Notes: generated by a model from the letters alone, not told the origin. A DNA stretch of 64,000 nt from the human T2T-CHM13v2.0 reference genome, Homo sapiens (GCF_009914755.1 NC_060943.1), one strand, 5' to 3'; shown: positions 34,245-59,859, counted from the first letter of the stretch. Translations and numbers: made by a program.

Positions 34245-34929
34245 TGATCCACCCGCCTCGGCCTCCCAAAGTGCTGGGATTACAGGCGCGAGCCACCGCG
34301 CCCGGCCAAGGCAATGTTTTTTTGGGAGGATGGAGTCTCGCTCTGTTGCCCAGGCTGGAGTGGAGTGGCTTGACCTCGGCTCACTGCAACTTCCGCCTTT
34401 CAGGTTCAAGCGATTCTCCTGCCTCAGCCTCCCAAGTTGCTGGGATTACAGGCACCCACCACCATGCCCAGCTAATTTTTGTATTTTTAGCAGAGATGGG
34501 GTTTCACCATGTTGGCCAGGATGGTCTCGAACTCCTGACCTCAGGTAATCCTCCCGCCTCCACCTCCCAAAGTGCTGGGATTACAGGTGTGAGCCACCGC
34601 ACCCAGCCAAAGGCACTTTCTTTGAGGAAGGTATGCATCTGAGACTATTCAAGCCAAGCCCCCTCAGTCGGTTTATGGCACACGTGTGTGGCCCTCCTTT
34701 TTATTTTTATTTTTTTTTATTTTTACTTTTTTGAGACAGGCTCTCACTCTGTCACCCAGGCTGGAGTGCTATGATGTGGTCCCAGCTCACTGCAACCTTG
34801 ACCTCCTGGGCTCAAGCAATCCTCCCACCTCAGCCTCCCAAGTAGGAACATAGGAATGTGCCACTGCACCCAGATAGTTTATTTTTATTTATTTATTTAT
34901 TTATTTTTGTACAGGCAGAGTCTCACTAG

Positions 34930-35034
<105 letters not shown>

Positions 35035-35556
35035 TGAGCTGAATCCGAAATGCCAAATACATTGGACAGGCACGGTGGCTCACGCCTGTAATCTCAGCAC
35101 TTTGGGAGGCCGAGGCGGGAGGATCATGAGGTCAGGAGATCGAGACCATGGTGAAACCCCATCTCTACTAAAAATACAAAAAATTAGCCAGGCGCCGTAG
35201 CGGGCCTCTGTAGTCCCAGCTACTCAGGAGGCTGAGGCAGGAGAATGGTGTGAACCTGGGAGGCAGAGCTTGCAGTGAGCCAAGATCGCGCCACTGCAGT
35301 CCAGCCTGGGCAACAAAGTGAGACTCCATCTCAAAAACAAACAAAAAAGCCAAATACAGACATTTTTCCTGCCCTGGAGCTCAGCATGAGTTAGCATATT
35401 CTTTGATCATATTACTAGGAGTAGAGGGTCTGAAACAGAGGAGGGGATCCTACTTTACCCCCGTTCTAGGCCTCTCTAATGAATTGGCAGTTGGAGGAGA
35501 CATCTTGGGGGTGTGGTAGGACCTGGATCGGGGGAATTCATGCCTCCTTTTTGCAG

Positions 35557-35646
35557 GTCCTGGAAGCCATACGGGTGACCCGTCACAAGAACGCCATGGC
35601 AGAGCGCTGGGAATCCCGCATCTACGCCAGTGAGGAGGATGACTGA
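35557..35646 (+). CDS. MISP: MISP last coding exon (VLEAIRVTRHKNAMAERWESRIYASEEDD*)
   Basis: cctttttgcAG acceptor and TGA at 35644-35646. The four exons sum to 679 codons. The C-terminus is homologous to that of AKAP2. Confidence 0.95.
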   Translation, partial: VLEAIRVTRHKNAMAERWESRIYASEEDD

Positions 35647-36352
35647 GCCTCGGGATGGGGCGCCCACCCCCTGCCCTGCCCTGACCCTCGTGGGAACTGC
35701 CAAGACCATCGCCAAGCCCCCACCCTAGGAAATGGGTCCTAGGTCCAGGATCCAAGAACCACAGCTCATCTGCCAACAATCCCACCATGGGCACATTTGG
35801 GACTGTTGGGTTTTTCGTTTCCGTTTCTATCTTCCTTTAGAAATGTTTCTGCCTTTGGGGTCTAAAGCTTTTGGGGATGAAATGGGACCCCTGCTGATTC
35901 TTTCTGCTTCTAAGACTTTGCCAAATGCCCTGGGTCTAAGAAAGAAAGAGACCCGCTCCTCCACTTTCAGGTGTAATTTGCTTCCGCTAGTCTGAGGGCA
36001 GAGGGACCGGTCAAAGAGGGTGGCACAGATCGCAGCACCTTGAGGGGCTGCGGGTCTGAGGGAGGAGACACTCAGCTCCTCCCTCTGAGAAGTCCCAAGC
36101 TGAGAGGGGAGACCTGCCCCTTTCCAACCCTGGGAAACCATCCAGTCTGAGGGAGGAGGCCAAACTCCCAGTGCTGGGGGTCCCTGTGCAGCCCTCAAAC
36201 CCTTCACCTTGGTGCACCCAGCCACACCTGGTGGACACAAAGCTCTCACATCGATAGGATCCCATGAGGATGGTCCCCTTCACCTGGGAGAAAAGTGACC
36301 CAGTTTAGGAGCTGGAGGGGGGTCTTTGTCCCCCACCCCCAAACTGCCCTGA

Positions 36353-36358
36353 AATAAA
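36353..36358 (+). terminator. MISP: MISP polyadenylation signal AATAAA
   Basis: gaAATAAAcc about 700 nt after the stop codon, at the end of an Alu-free 3' UTR. Confidence 0.85.
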
Positions 36359-37274
36359 CCTGGAGTGAGCTGCCTGCCTTGGTCCCTGCCTGGTCCGGAC
36401 AAAGTCCCCTGGGCCTCCACTCTCTGTTTCATTTTCTTGGCGACGTTAGGTTCCACCCCGCTAGGCCGTGAGCCTGTGGGGCTGTCAGGTTCCCATGGGG
36501 GGGTTCCCAGCATCTGCATGCAGTAGGTGCTTAGCTGATGCTTGTTGAGTGACTGACAATTGATCATGGAGAGGCACCTTCAGCAACACCAGGCCCGGGG
36601 CCCAACCTCACCAGCCCGGCTCCTCCAGCCCCGTCTCACCACGTCCATCGCAGTACCCAGGGTGCTTATTAAGCATTTGCTGAATCCCTCACCACTCTGG
36701 TCTCAGAGGAGGCCGGAGGGTCATTAATTCGGCTCCGCATGTATACCAGGCTCACATCCAGGGAAGCCAGATCCTACTGGTCAGAGGCGTGGGCGCTGGA
36801 CCCAAGTCCTGGCTCTGCTGCCTGCTGTGTGGCCTTGGGTGGGGGGGGGTCCTCTCACTGCCCCATGCCTCAGTTTCCCTCTGACACACAGGGATAACGA
36901 TAGGACCAGGCTCCCGGGCAGTAGGAGTTAATTTACGTAAAGCTCTCGGCACATGGGGACCATTGACGTTGGATTCAGTGCCTGATGGCAGGGGCGTGTC
37001 CTCAGACACCCCCCAAAGCAGGCCTCGGCCCCCAGGCTCCCCCAACCCTGCTGGGAGCAGCGGGTGTTAATTACACCTAGGCCAGTGTCTCCTCCTTGGC
37101 TGCTCAGTGTCCGCTGCGCTGCCTCAGGGAAAACCGCGCAGCCACGCCGGGCCCAGGCAGGCAGATGTGGAACCGAAATAGCTGGGCAGTGGGGGCTGTG
37201 GGGACCCTGGGGAGGCGGGGGAAGGGGGCTGAGGGGCTACGTCTGGGCAGAGCAGAGACTGAGGGAGGAGGGAG

Positions 37275-37505
37275 AGCCCCTGTCTTCAGGGAGACCCCAG
37301 TCTGATGGAGGAGGCATCTGCCTTCACAGAGATCCCAGGCTGATGGAGGAGGCCCCTGCCCCCAGGGAGACCCCAGTCTGACGGAGGAGGCATCTACCCA
37401 CAGAGGGGCCACAGTCTGACGGAGGAGGCATCTGCCCTCAGGGAGACCCTATCTGATGGAGGAGGCATCTGCCCTCGGGGGACCCCAGTCTGATGGAGGA
37501 GGCAG
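37275..37505. repeat. Degenerate ~37-40 bp minisatellite (cagggagaccccagtctgatggaggaggcatctgccc)
   Basis: About 6 copies of the ctga(t/c)ggaggagg core. Confidence 0.85.
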
Positions 37506-37724
37506 GTTATGTGACCATAGAGGGAGGCTCAGTGGCCATAGTTGGTGACTTCTTTCATGTCGGGGCAATTCTATTCCAACCCCAAGAACCAAACGTGGGG
37601 CCTGCGGGAAGGGAGGGCCTCACGCACAGTCCTGGGTGAGTCCCATCAGTTTCTCCACTGTCTGCCACCCCATCTTCCCCCGATGCCCCATGTTCTGTCC
37701 CTCTGTCCCTGTGCTCTGAGGATG

Positions 37725-38300
<576 letters not shown>

Positions 38301-38647
38301 GGATCTCGACATCCCCCTTCTCCGTGACTCTTCAGTCACCTCTGCTCAGGGCCGGCCAGGACTGTTGCACAGGCTGTGCCCTGCACAAGCCCCCTGCCAA
38401 GACCAAAGGGCAAGGCTCTGTGTGCAGCCAGGGTCCCCGTCTTCAGTGTCCCTGGCCCTGGCTGTGGCCTGTTGCCAGACACCGCGTCACCAAGGGGTGC
38501 ATTATTCCCACATCATCCCAGTTGGACGGTCACCTCACCCTGCCCATCGTCCTGCCAGCAAGATGGTCCCACAGCGGCCTCAGTTCTCAGAGGCTCGGCA
38601 GGGTCTCCCCTGATCCCGTAATGCCCCTCACTGCCCCTGGGCGCTAG

Positions 38648-39205
<558 letters not shown>

Positions 39206-39594
39206 TAAATTCTTAAACCCTGCTCTCCTCTCAGCCATGATTTTCTTTGTCCTGTGCCATAAAGAATTCTCAGAAGCAGGATGCAGCTTCTGCTGCTCAA
39301 GGGTGAGCCCAGCCAGTGGGATCTGGTGTCGCTGCCTGCAGACCCCTCAGTCAAGAGCGGGGTGGGGGGCAGCAGGAGCTACAGTAACAGCCCGGAGGTC
39401 CTGCTCCTGAAGGCACCCCACCCTGCTGTCCAGAGGAGAGACCGAGGCTCAGACATTTGAGCCCCACATAACCCAGCCTGCCACACACCGCAGACTCCAA
39501 CAGTGTAGCCCCTGTACCCCAGAAGTCACTTCAGCAAATCACTCAGGGCTCCACCTCACATCTGTCCCCAAGGACTTGGGGACTTGCTCACTCA

Positions 39595-39948
<354 letters not shown>

Positions 39949-39973
39949 TTATTCTGTCCTTTTGTTTGTTTGA

Positions 39974-40129
<156 letters not shown>

Positions 40130-40299
40130 TAGTAGAGACAGGGTTTCTCCATATTGGCCAGGCTGGTCTCGAACTCCTGACTCCAGGTGATCCACTTGCC
40201 TCAGCCTCCCAAAGTGCTGGGATTACAGGCGTGAGCCACCTCGCCCGGCCTATTCTGTCCTGTTTTTTTAAGATTTAGTTTGCCGGGCACAGTCACTCA

Positions 40300-41188
<889 letters not shown>

Positions 41189-41321
41189 TAACCCTGCAGG
41201 GGCCAGGCATGGTAGCTCATGCCTGTAATCCTGGCATTTTGGGAAGCTGAGGCAGGAGGTGGATCACCTGAGGTCAGGAGTTTGAGACCAGCGTGACCAA
41301 CATGGTGAAACCCTGTCTCTA

Positions 41322-41483
<162 letters not shown>

Positions 41484-41572
41484 TCAAAAAATAAAAATAA
41501 ATAAATAAATAAAAAATAAAAATAAAAAAAATTAGCCAGGCGTGGTAGCGCGTGCCTAGTCCCAGCTACTCA

Positions 41573-41776
<204 letters not shown>

Positions 41777-42175
41777 CTAGGCTTTATGGGTTCCCGTAAC
41801 TGAAACATCAATGTAGGGCCAGCTTCAGGCTCAGCTGGTTCCAGGTGCCACACAGCATCCTCAGGTTCCTTCGGTGTTGGGAGCTCAGGCTCCAAGCCCA
41901 GGACAGATTCCCAGCTCTGCCACATGCCCCTGAGGGACCCTGGGCAAGGCCTACCCCTCTCCCAGCCTCAGTGTCCTTATCTGTAAGTGAAGTCGCCACA
42001 TTGACATCCCTGCCCTGGGGGACGTCATGAGGGTCACCGGGCACCTGGTGAAAATCAGTGAGGAATAAGAATGAATGTTGAGGCCGGGTGCGGTGGCTCA
42101 CGCCTGTAATCCCAGCACTCTGGGAGGCCGAGGCGGGCGGATCACGAGGTCAGGAGATCGAGACCATCCTGGCTA

Positions 42176-42424
<249 letters not shown>

Positions 42425-42485
42425 TCACCAGACAATGACTTCCATGTGACTTTCTGGTGTGAGCCGGAGAGGAGCCGATGCACGC

Positions 42486-42503
42486 TGCCACCAGAGGGCG
42501 GCA
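42486..42503 (+). promoter_or_regulatory. CTCF motif TGCCACCAGAGGGCGGCA
   Basis: Near-consensus match to the CTCF core (CCACCAGRGGGCG) in a small non-Alu CpG-rich island. Confidence 0.75.
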
Positions 42504-42568
42504 AACACCAAGGATGCAGCCGCGGCCCTCGCCCCGCCAGGGAGAAAACGCACCTGCCGCCACTCTCA

Positions 42569-42745
<177 letters not shown>

Positions 42746-42785
42746 TTAAAAAAAAAAAAAAAATAGCCGGGTGTGATGGCGTTCA

Positions 42786-42964
<179 letters not shown>

Positions 42965-43186
42965 TTATTTGTAGAGATGGGGTTCTCACCATGTTTCCCA
43001 GGCTGGTCTTGAACTCCTCAAGTGATCCTCCTGCCTCATCCCCACAAAGTGCTGGGATTACTGGTGTGAGCCATCGAGCCCAGCCCTGACCAACTATTTA
43101 GAGGTTGAAAACAGAGCCCGCAGGGCCGGGCGCGGTGGCTCACACCTGTAATCCCAGCACTTTGGGAGGCCGAGGCCCTCGGATCA

Positions 43187-43318
<132 letters not shown>

Positions 43319-43475
43319 TCACTTGAACCTGGGAGGAGGCGGAGCTTGCAGTGAGCCGAGATCGAGCCACTGCACTCCAGCCTGGGCGACAGAGTGAGAC
43401 TCCGTCTCAAAAATAAAAATATAAATAAATAAATAAAATTAGCCGGAAGTGGCCGAGTGCGGTGGCTCTTCCACA

Positions 43476-43491
43476 GCAGCCAGAGGGCGCC
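43476..43491 (+). promoter_or_regulatory. CTCF-like motif GCAGCCAGAGGGCGCC
   Basis: Core CCAGAGGGCGC, in the same orientation as the 42486 site. Confidence 0.5.
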
Positions 43492-43589
43492 TGTGAGGCT
43501 GACTGGGGGTGTCCCTGCTCTGCCCACAGCCCTCCATGGCTCCCATTTCCCTCTGGGTAGAAGCCCAAGTCCTCCGTGCAGCCCACAAG

Positions 43590-44200
43590 GCTCTGCCCAG
43601 TCCCCTCTCTCCTCTCCCTCCTCTGTCTACTCTCCCTCCTCCCTGTCTCCCCCTCCTCCTCTGCCCAGTCCCCTCTCTCCTCTCCCTCCTCCCTCTCTCC
43701 TCTCCCTCCTCCCTCTCTCCTCTCCCTCCTCCCTATCTCCCCCTCCTCCTCTGCCCAGTCCCCTCTCTCCTCTCCCTCCTCCCTCTCTCCTCTCCCTCCT
43801 CCCTCTCTCCTCTCCCTCCTCCCTATCTCCCCCTCCTCCTCTACCCAGTCCCCTCTCTCCTCTCCCTCCTCCCTATCTCCCCCTCCTCCTCTACCCAGTC
43901 CCCTCTCCTCTCCCTCCTCCCTTTCTCCCCCTCCTCCTCTACCCAGTCCCCTCTCTCCTCTCCCTCCTCCCTGTCTCCCCCTCCTCCTCTGCCCAGTCCC
44001 CTCTCCTCTCCCTCCTCCCTGTCTCCCCCTCCCTCCTCCCTGTCTCCCCCTCCTCCTCTGCCCAGTCCCCTCTCTCCTCTCCCTCTTCCCTGTCTCCCCC
44101 TCTGCCCAGTCCCCTCTCTCCTCTCCCTCCTCCCTGTCTCCCCCTCCTCTGCCCAGTCCCCTCTCTACTCTCCCTCCTCCCTGTCTCCCCCCTTCCTCTG
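43590..44200. repeat. CT-rich minisatellite (ctgcccagtcccctctctcctctccctcctccctgtctccccctcctc) expanded inside an L2
   Basis: About 600 bp of almost pure pyrimidine on the + strand with a recurring cccagtcccc anchor. Confidence 0.92.
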
Positions 44201-44561
44201 CTCCAGCCACACGGGCCTCCTCCCTGTTCCTCCAACTTGCCAGGCGGGGTCCTGCCCCAGGGCCTTTGCCTCCCCAGGTGAGGTCCGGCCCCAGGGCCTT
44301 TGCACGGCCATGTCCTCTGCCTGGTTTCCCTTCCCTAGGTACCCACTGGGTTCATTTCTTCACTTCTTTCAAGGCTTTGGTGAACGCTCCCCTCATCACA
44401 CAGCTGTTGCTCAGTAAATATGGCAGAATAAATAGCTGGGCAGGGCTCGGTGGCTCATGCCTGTGATCCTAGCACTTCTGGAGGCTGAGGCAGGAGGCTC
44501 ACTTGAGCTCAGGAGTTGGAGACTAGCCTGGCCAACGTAGAGAGACTCCATCTCTACTTAG

Positions 44562-44717
<156 letters not shown>

Positions 44718-45576
44718 TGAGTAGCTGGGATTACAGGCACATGCCACCACACCCGGCTAATTTTGTATTTTTAGTAGAGACAGAGTTTCGCCATGTTGGC
44801 CAGGGTGGTCTCGAACTCCTGACTGCAGGTGATCTGCCCGCCTCACCCTCCCAAAGTGCTGGGATTACAGGTGTGAGTCACTGCACCCAGCAAAAAATGT
44901 TTATTATTCCCATTTCACAGACCAGCAAACTGAGGCCCAGAGGGAGCCGCCTGAGGAAACTGGATTGCGCAGCTGATGGAGTCTCAACCAGAGAAGGGGC
45001 CCGTGGGGCCTAGATTCAGACTTCCGGCTGTGCAGGCAAGCAGGAGGGCCCCCCAGTCAGGGTCCCCAGGACACCAACCCCAAGCCAAATGAGGCCACCA
45101 GAGGCTGTGCCCAGCCCCAGTCCCGCACGGGGCAGGTGTGGAGCAAATGCTGGCGGGATAGAGGGATGGAGAAGGGGGCTGCCTGGGAGTGAGGGGCTGG
45201 GTGCCCCACCCACCTGGCCTCAGCCTCCTGCCCTATCCAAGAACAGAGCTCTGGTTTCCTGCCCGGCAGCCCGTGAGGAGCAGCGAGGCATGGCCAGCTG
45301 GGGGCCGGACAGTCCTGAAGAGCTTGAGGACTGGCTCCTGGCTCCTAAAGCATAGCGCCGGCTCTGGGGATCTGCCAGGGAGAGACCAGCTCCAGGGCCC
45401 CTGGATGCAGGTTAGAGCTCAGGCTGTCCCCTGATGGCCTCGGTGCTATGGGTGAGTTTCTCCACCTCTCTGTGCTCAGCCTCTCACCGGAGAGGGGGTG
45501 GGTGATCCTGGCCTGAGTAGGTGACCAAGGCATCCTCCTCTGTGGCTGGTATTTCCCAACACCCTCAATAAATTCA

Positions 45577-46213
<637 letters not shown>

Positions 46214-47648
46214 TTATATATTCTGGACCTGAGTCCTTGATTACATTATGCACTGCTAGCTAGTACCTTCTCCCAGTCTGGCACTTTCCTTTTGAGTCTT
46301 CTTCTTTTTTTTTTTTTTTTTTTTTTTTTCTGAGGCGCCTGCCACCACACCCGGCTAATTTTTGTATTTTTAGTAGATACGGGGTTTCACCATGTTGGCC
46401 AGGCTGGTCTTGAACTCCTGACCTCATGATCCACCCGCCTCGGCCTCCCAAAGTGCTGGGATTACAGGCATGAGCCACAGTGCCTGGCCCCTTTTGAGTC
46501 TCTTAATGGTGTCTTTGGACAAACTCATTTGTTCAAAATAAAATGCAATTTTTTTTTTTTTAGATGGAGTCTCACTCTGTCACCCAGGTTAGAATGCAGT
46601 GGGACAATCTCTCCCAGGCTCAAGCGTCTCTTCTGCCTCGGCCTCCTGAGTAGCTGGGATTACAGGTGGGTGCCACCACGCCCAGCTAATTTTGTGTATG
46701 TTTAGTAGAGACCAGGTTTCACCATGTTGGCCAGGCTGGTCTTGAACTCCTAACTTCGAGATCCGCCTGCCTTGGCATCCCAAAGTTCTGGGATTACAGG
46801 CATGAGCCACTGTGCCTGGCCATGTTAGGATATTTCTTTTTTTCTTTTCTTTTCTTTTCTTTTCTTTTTTTTTTGAGAGTCTCGCTCTGTCACCCAGGCT
46901 GGAGTGCAGCGGAGCCATCTCGGCTCACTACAAGCTCCGCCTCCCAGGTTCATGCCATCTCCTGCCTCAGCCTCCCAAGTAGCTGGAATTACAGGTGCCC
47001 ACCACCACGCCCAGCTAATTTTTTGTATTTTTAGTAGAGACGGGGTTTCACCGTGTTACCCAGGATGGTCTTGATCTCCTGACCTCATGATCCGCCCGCC
47101 TTGGTCCCCCAAAGTGCTGGGATTACAGGCGTGAGCCACCGCGCCCGGCCCATGTTAGGATATTTCTGAGCAAATCTGAGGGTTTGGCCTGGAACCCTCA
47201 ATTTGAGGTTGCAAACCCTGTTTCCTGCTAAGCCAGACAGATGGTGCTGGAGATGGGGAGGCCATGGTTTATGTTTTGTCCACTCTGGGTGCTGCCTGGA
47301 CAGGTGACTCATGCATGTGGCGGAGCAGTCCAGAGTGAGGACTGTACCCCTACAGACACTCCCCCAGACCATGCTGGTGGCCTGAGCTGGGGGCTGCCCA
47401 AGTCCCCTCCCCGGGATCCACTTCTGGGGCCTCCCAAGCCTTCCCTGGGGTCAGTGAGTGCTGGAAGGGCAGCCAGCAGTGTGTGTCCACGGGGGGGGGC
47501 GGGTCACCACTTATCTGGGCATTAAATATTTGGGGGGGTCTCAAAATAATGGAAAACAGGGGGCCAGAAGTGGTGGCTCATGCCTGTAATCCCAACACTT
47601 TGGGAGGCCGCAGTGGGAAGATCGCCTGAGGTAAGGAGTTCAAGATCA

Positions 47649-47944
<296 letters not shown>

Positions 47945-48278
47945 TGAGACCATCCTGGCTAACATGGTGAAACCCCCGTCTCTACTAAAAATACAAAAAT
48001 TAGCCAGGCGTGGTTGCGGGCACCTGTAGTCCCAGCTACTCGGGAGGCTGAGGCTGGAGAATCTCTTGAACCCGGGAGGCTAAGGTTGCAGTGAGCCCGA
48101 GATCACACCACTGCACTCCAGCCTGGGTGACAGAGTGAGACTCTGCCTCAAAATAAATAAATAAATAAATATTAAAATAAATAGGGCCGGGCACGGTGGC
48201 TCACACCTGTAATCCCGGCACTTTGGGAGGCTGAGGCAGGTGGATCACGAGGTCAGGAGATCGAGACCATCCTGGCTA

Positions 48279-48518
<240 letters not shown>

Positions 48519-49074
48519 TTAATTAATTAAAATAGAGATGAGATCTGCCTCTGCCGCCCAGGCTGGAGTGCAGTGGCGTGATCATAGCTCACCGCAGCTT
48601 CCAACTCCCGGGCTCCAGCAATCACAGGACAAACCTCCCGCCCGGCCCTGCAGCCAGGTGCTCACACCAGCCCTATTTATAACAGGAATCCATGGAAATT
48701 TCTGGCCCCACCAAGCTGCTGTCATGAATAAGTCATCGTCCGGATCAATGATTCCACCCAGGGAGCATCTGCAAGTTTCCACCTCGTTCTCCCTGGGCCC
48801 CGGACAGCCTGGCTGGGACGTCAGAGCTACCAGTCAGGCTGCGGAAACAGCCTGGGGGTTCCTCTGTGACCAAACCATTCCACGCCGTGGTCTCTACCCA
48901 GAGAAAGGAAAACACAGGTCCATACGCGTGTTCGAGGCGGCATGATTCATAACGAACAAAAGGAGAAGACAGGCCGGGCGCAGTGCTTCATGCCTGTGAT
49001 CCCAGCACTTTGGGAGGCCGAGGCGGGTGGATCACGAGGTCAGGAGATCGAGACCAGCCTGGCCAACATGGTCA

Positions 49075-49218
<144 letters not shown>

Positions 49219-49375
49219 TCAGCCTGGGAGTCAGAGCGAGCAAGACTCCGTCTTTAAAAAAAAAAAAAAAAAGAAAAATTCAGCCGGGCGCGGTGGCTCA
49301 CACCTGTAATCCCAGCACTTTGGGAGGCTGAGGCGGGTGGATCACAAGGTCAGGAGTTCGAGACCATCCTGGCTA

Positions 49376-49871
<496 letters not shown>

Positions 49872-50296
49872 TGATCCACCCTCCTCGACCTCCCAAAGTG
49901 CTGGGATTACAGGCGTGAGCCACCGCGCCCGGCCTATTTTTTAAAAGATTATGGATTTAGGGCACCTCCTCCCTTCTCCTTTTAGCCCCAGATAACATTC
50001 CATTCTCGATGTTTATCTGCTCGCCTGCCGAAGGACGTTTTGGTGGCTTCCAGGGCTGGGCTGTTATGAATAGCAGAGCTGCAGGCCGGGGGCGGTGGCT
50101 CACGCCTGTAATCCCAGCAGTTCAGGAGGCCAAGGTGGGAGGGTTGCTTGAGGCCAGGCAATCGAGACCAGCTTGGGCAACACAGCAAGACCCCAATCTC
50201 TAAAAAACATACAAAAATTAGCCAGGCATGATGGTGCACACCTGTGGTCCCAATGGTTCCAGCCACTCAGGAGGCTGAGGTGGGAGAATCACTTGA

Positions 50297-50698
<402 letters not shown>

Positions 50699-51269
50699 TA
50701 ATAAAATAGAGGCTGGGAGTGGTGGCTCACGCCTGTAATCCCAGCACTTTGGGATCACCTGAGGTCAAGAGTTCGAGACCATCCTGGCCAACATGGCAAA
50801 ACCCTGTCTCTGCTAAAAACACAAAAATTAGCTGGGCGTGGTGGCTTGTGCCTGTAATCTCAGCTACTTGGGAGGCTGAGGCAGGAGAAGCGCTTGAACC
50901 CAGGAGCCGGAGGTTGCAGTGAGTCGAGATTGTGCCACTGTGCTCCAGCCTGGGCAACAGAGCGAGAGTTCGAATCAAAACAAACAAAAAAAGCCACAGG
51001 CGGCCACACATAGACCGTCACTGACCTCCTGGAGCTTCTCTTCTCAGGGAAAGGAACTTCCAGACTCAGAAAACTGGGGCAGGAAACATCCAGGCCAGTT
51101 TTTCCAGCCCACCGGATCTCAGGCAGCTTCCAGGAGGATTGCCTGAACTCGCTGAAATTGCCCAATTCCCTCCTGGGCACATGGTTTTCAGATGATGAAC
51201 ACACACCCTGCACCGGGGCTGAGGCCTCACCCTGGCGTTTGAATCCTGGGCCCCGGGTTTAGTCCACAG

Positions 51270-52555
<1,286 letters not shown>

Positions 52556-52714
52556 TAGCCAGGATAGTCTTGATCTCCTGACCTCGTGATCAGCCTGCCT
52601 CGGCCTCCCAAAGTGCTGGGATTACAGGTGTGAGCCACTGCGCCCAGCCTAGCCTTTTATTTTTAATAGAGATGGGGTCTTGCTATGTTGCCACGCTGGA
52701 ATTTTTTTTTTTGA

Positions 52715-52867
<153 letters not shown>

Positions 52868-53626
52868 TAGTAGAGATGGGGTTTCATCATGTTGGTCGGG
52901 GTGGTCTTGAACTCCTGACCTCAAGTGATCCGCCCGCCTCGCCCTCCCAAAGTGCTGGGATGACAGGCGTGAGCCACCGTGCCCGGCTGCCCACACTGGA
53001 ATTCTATGTTATAGGAACTTCATCTCACTGAAAGAAAAAGGGGACTCCTGGATGGGTCCTGAATTTAGACATTTATTTGTTCATGAAACAAACGCTGATG
53101 GGGCCGTTGCACACCCAGGTCTGCACTGGCCGCCCTGTGGGGCCCCGGAGGGGCGGGGGCAGGGAGAGGCCGCCTGAGAGGCAGTGGCCCGGGTGGAGGA
53201 CCCAGGGCTGGGCCTGGCGATGCTCCGACTGCAGCTTCCGGAGAACAATCTCAGGTCCACAATGTGGAGACGTTGGCAGATGCTCCTGCTGAGGACCGAC
53301 AGACATCATCCCCGCTTCATCCTGCTTTTTCCTCCCATGAGGAGGTCAAAGTCACACCGTGGGGCCAGGCCCGGTGGCTCATGCCTGTAATCTCAGTACT
53401 TTGGGAGGCCAAGGTGGGCAGACTGCCTGGACCCAGGAGTTCAAGACCAGCCTGGGCAACATGGTGAAATCCCATCTCTACTAAAATACAGAAAATTAGC
53501 TGGGCGTGGCTGGGCATGGTGGTTCACGCCTGTTATCCCAGCACTTTGGGAGGCTGAGGCGGGCGGATCATGAGGTCAGGAGATCGAGACCATCCTGGCT
53601 AACAGGGTGAAACCCCGTCTCTACTA

Positions 53627-53956
<330 letters not shown>

Positions 53957-54799
53957 TCAGAAAAACAAAGTCGCACAGGAGAGTCACGTCCACCCCCTGG
54001 GCCACCGGACAGTCGCCACAGACCAGGCAGCTGAATCCCCGCTCTACAGACAACCCCATCAAGGCTGGGGCAGTGAGACGCTCTGAAGGCCACAGGCCCC
54101 CAGGATCCCACCCCGTCCGTCTCTCCCTCCCTGCTGTCCCTCTGTGAGCCACACCCTGCGGCTGTCAGCGGCAGTGATGGGGGCTGCAGGGGCTGGGGAC
54201 AGAGGGGGATGAGTTTCCAGCCAGGCGGCCTGGGAGGGTAGCTTTAATCCCCACCTCGGTTTTGTCTTAGAAGCAGTTGCATGGCTGTGCTCCAGGCCGT
54301 CCAGGGTTCAGGCTGAGCCACCGTCTAGGTCTAGACGTCAGTGTCCATCAGGACCTGGCGTGCCCTGCAAGCAGACATGTGCTCCTTCGACCTCCGTCAA
54401 CCCTGGAGATGAAGCAGGGAAGGGGCCCTGGCTGGAGGCTTGGACATCCATCCGGAGGGGCGGAGTGGCCTCGAGGCGGTGTGTGAGTCCCCGGGGAAGA
54501 TGCAGGGGACGCTGGGTGGCCGGTGGCACGAGTGAGGCTCGGGGTCCCGCAGCCCCCCGTGGTGTGGGTGCCTGAGTTGGGGGGTCCTCGAGGAGGACAA
54601 GGGAGGGAACTGAAGGGGGCCAGGACACCCGGTAGCTTGGCTGCCGGGGGCTCTGTGATATGCTAAGTCCCTCCTGCTCACCACTAAACCCAAGAGGAAA
54701 AGGAATTCCTGGCAGAGTCCAATTTAAAGTCAACAAACAAACAATGTGGGAAGGAGAGAAGGAATCCCAGGAATGTGGGCGAGGTCCTCCTCCCGCCGG

Positions 54800-57333
<2,534 letters not shown>

Positions 57334-57396
57334 TTACCTCTAGATTGTTTGGGGATGTTAGATTTCTCCTTTGTTGCCAGCTCTTTTATTTTTATT

Positions 57397-57444
<48 letters not shown>

Positions 57445-57773
57445 TTGAGATGGAGTCTTGCTCTGTTGCCCAGGCTGGAGTGCAGTGGCGCGATCTCGGC
57501 TCACTGCAACACCACTGCACTCCAGCCTGGGCAACAGAACAAGACTCCATCTCAAAAAAAAAAAATAATAATAATAATAAATAAATAAGGGGCCGGGCGT
57601 GGTGGCTCATGCCTGTAATCCCAGCACTTTGGGAGGCCATTCTCCTGCCTCAGCCTCCCGCGTAGCTGGGACTACAGGCGCCCGCCACCACACCCAGCTA
57701 ATTTTTTGTATTTTTAGTAGAGATGGGGTTTCACCATGTTAGCCAGGATGGTCTCGATCTCCTGACCTTGTGA

Positions 57774-58126
<353 letters not shown>

Positions 58127-58277
58127 TAGTTTTCAAACACATCAGGGAATAAATGGATACAAAAGTCTTGAGGACCACTTAAGAAATGAACAATAGCAGA
58201 TGTGTAACAGTTATACTACGCTGCTACCTTGTAAAACATTTTAGAAACATCTGTTTCCAGCCGGGCCTGGTGGCTCA

Positions 58278-58589
<312 letters not shown>

Positions 58590-58707
58590 TCATCCTTGTA
58601 GATTCTGGGGTTTGGAAACAGGCTTTGAAAAAAGTCCTGAAACAGGCCGGGCGCCGTGGCTCACACCTGTAATCCCAGCACTTCTGGAGGCCGAGGCGGG
58701 CGGATCA

Positions 58708-59103
<396 letters not shown>

Positions 59104-59143
59104 TTAGTATATTAGCATGTTTCGGGCTGGGCACGGTGGCTCA

Positions 59144-59859
<716 letters not shown>

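Larger units (their letters stand above)
43466..44432 (+). mobile_element. L2 LINE 3' fragment, GC-shifted, interrupted by the CT minisatellite
   Basis: cagcagccagag...agcccaagtcct...ggcctttgcac...gctcagtaaata resembles the L2 3' end. Confidence 0.7.

Noticed and set aside
43407-44466. 267-302 aa Pro/Ser/Leu-rich or Glu/Gly/Arg-rich ORFs
   Set aside because: They come from the low-complexity CT repeat.
51025-51170. GAA/TTC-rich patch resembling heat-shock elements
   Set aside because: No perfect three-unit nGAAn array, so too degenerate to call.
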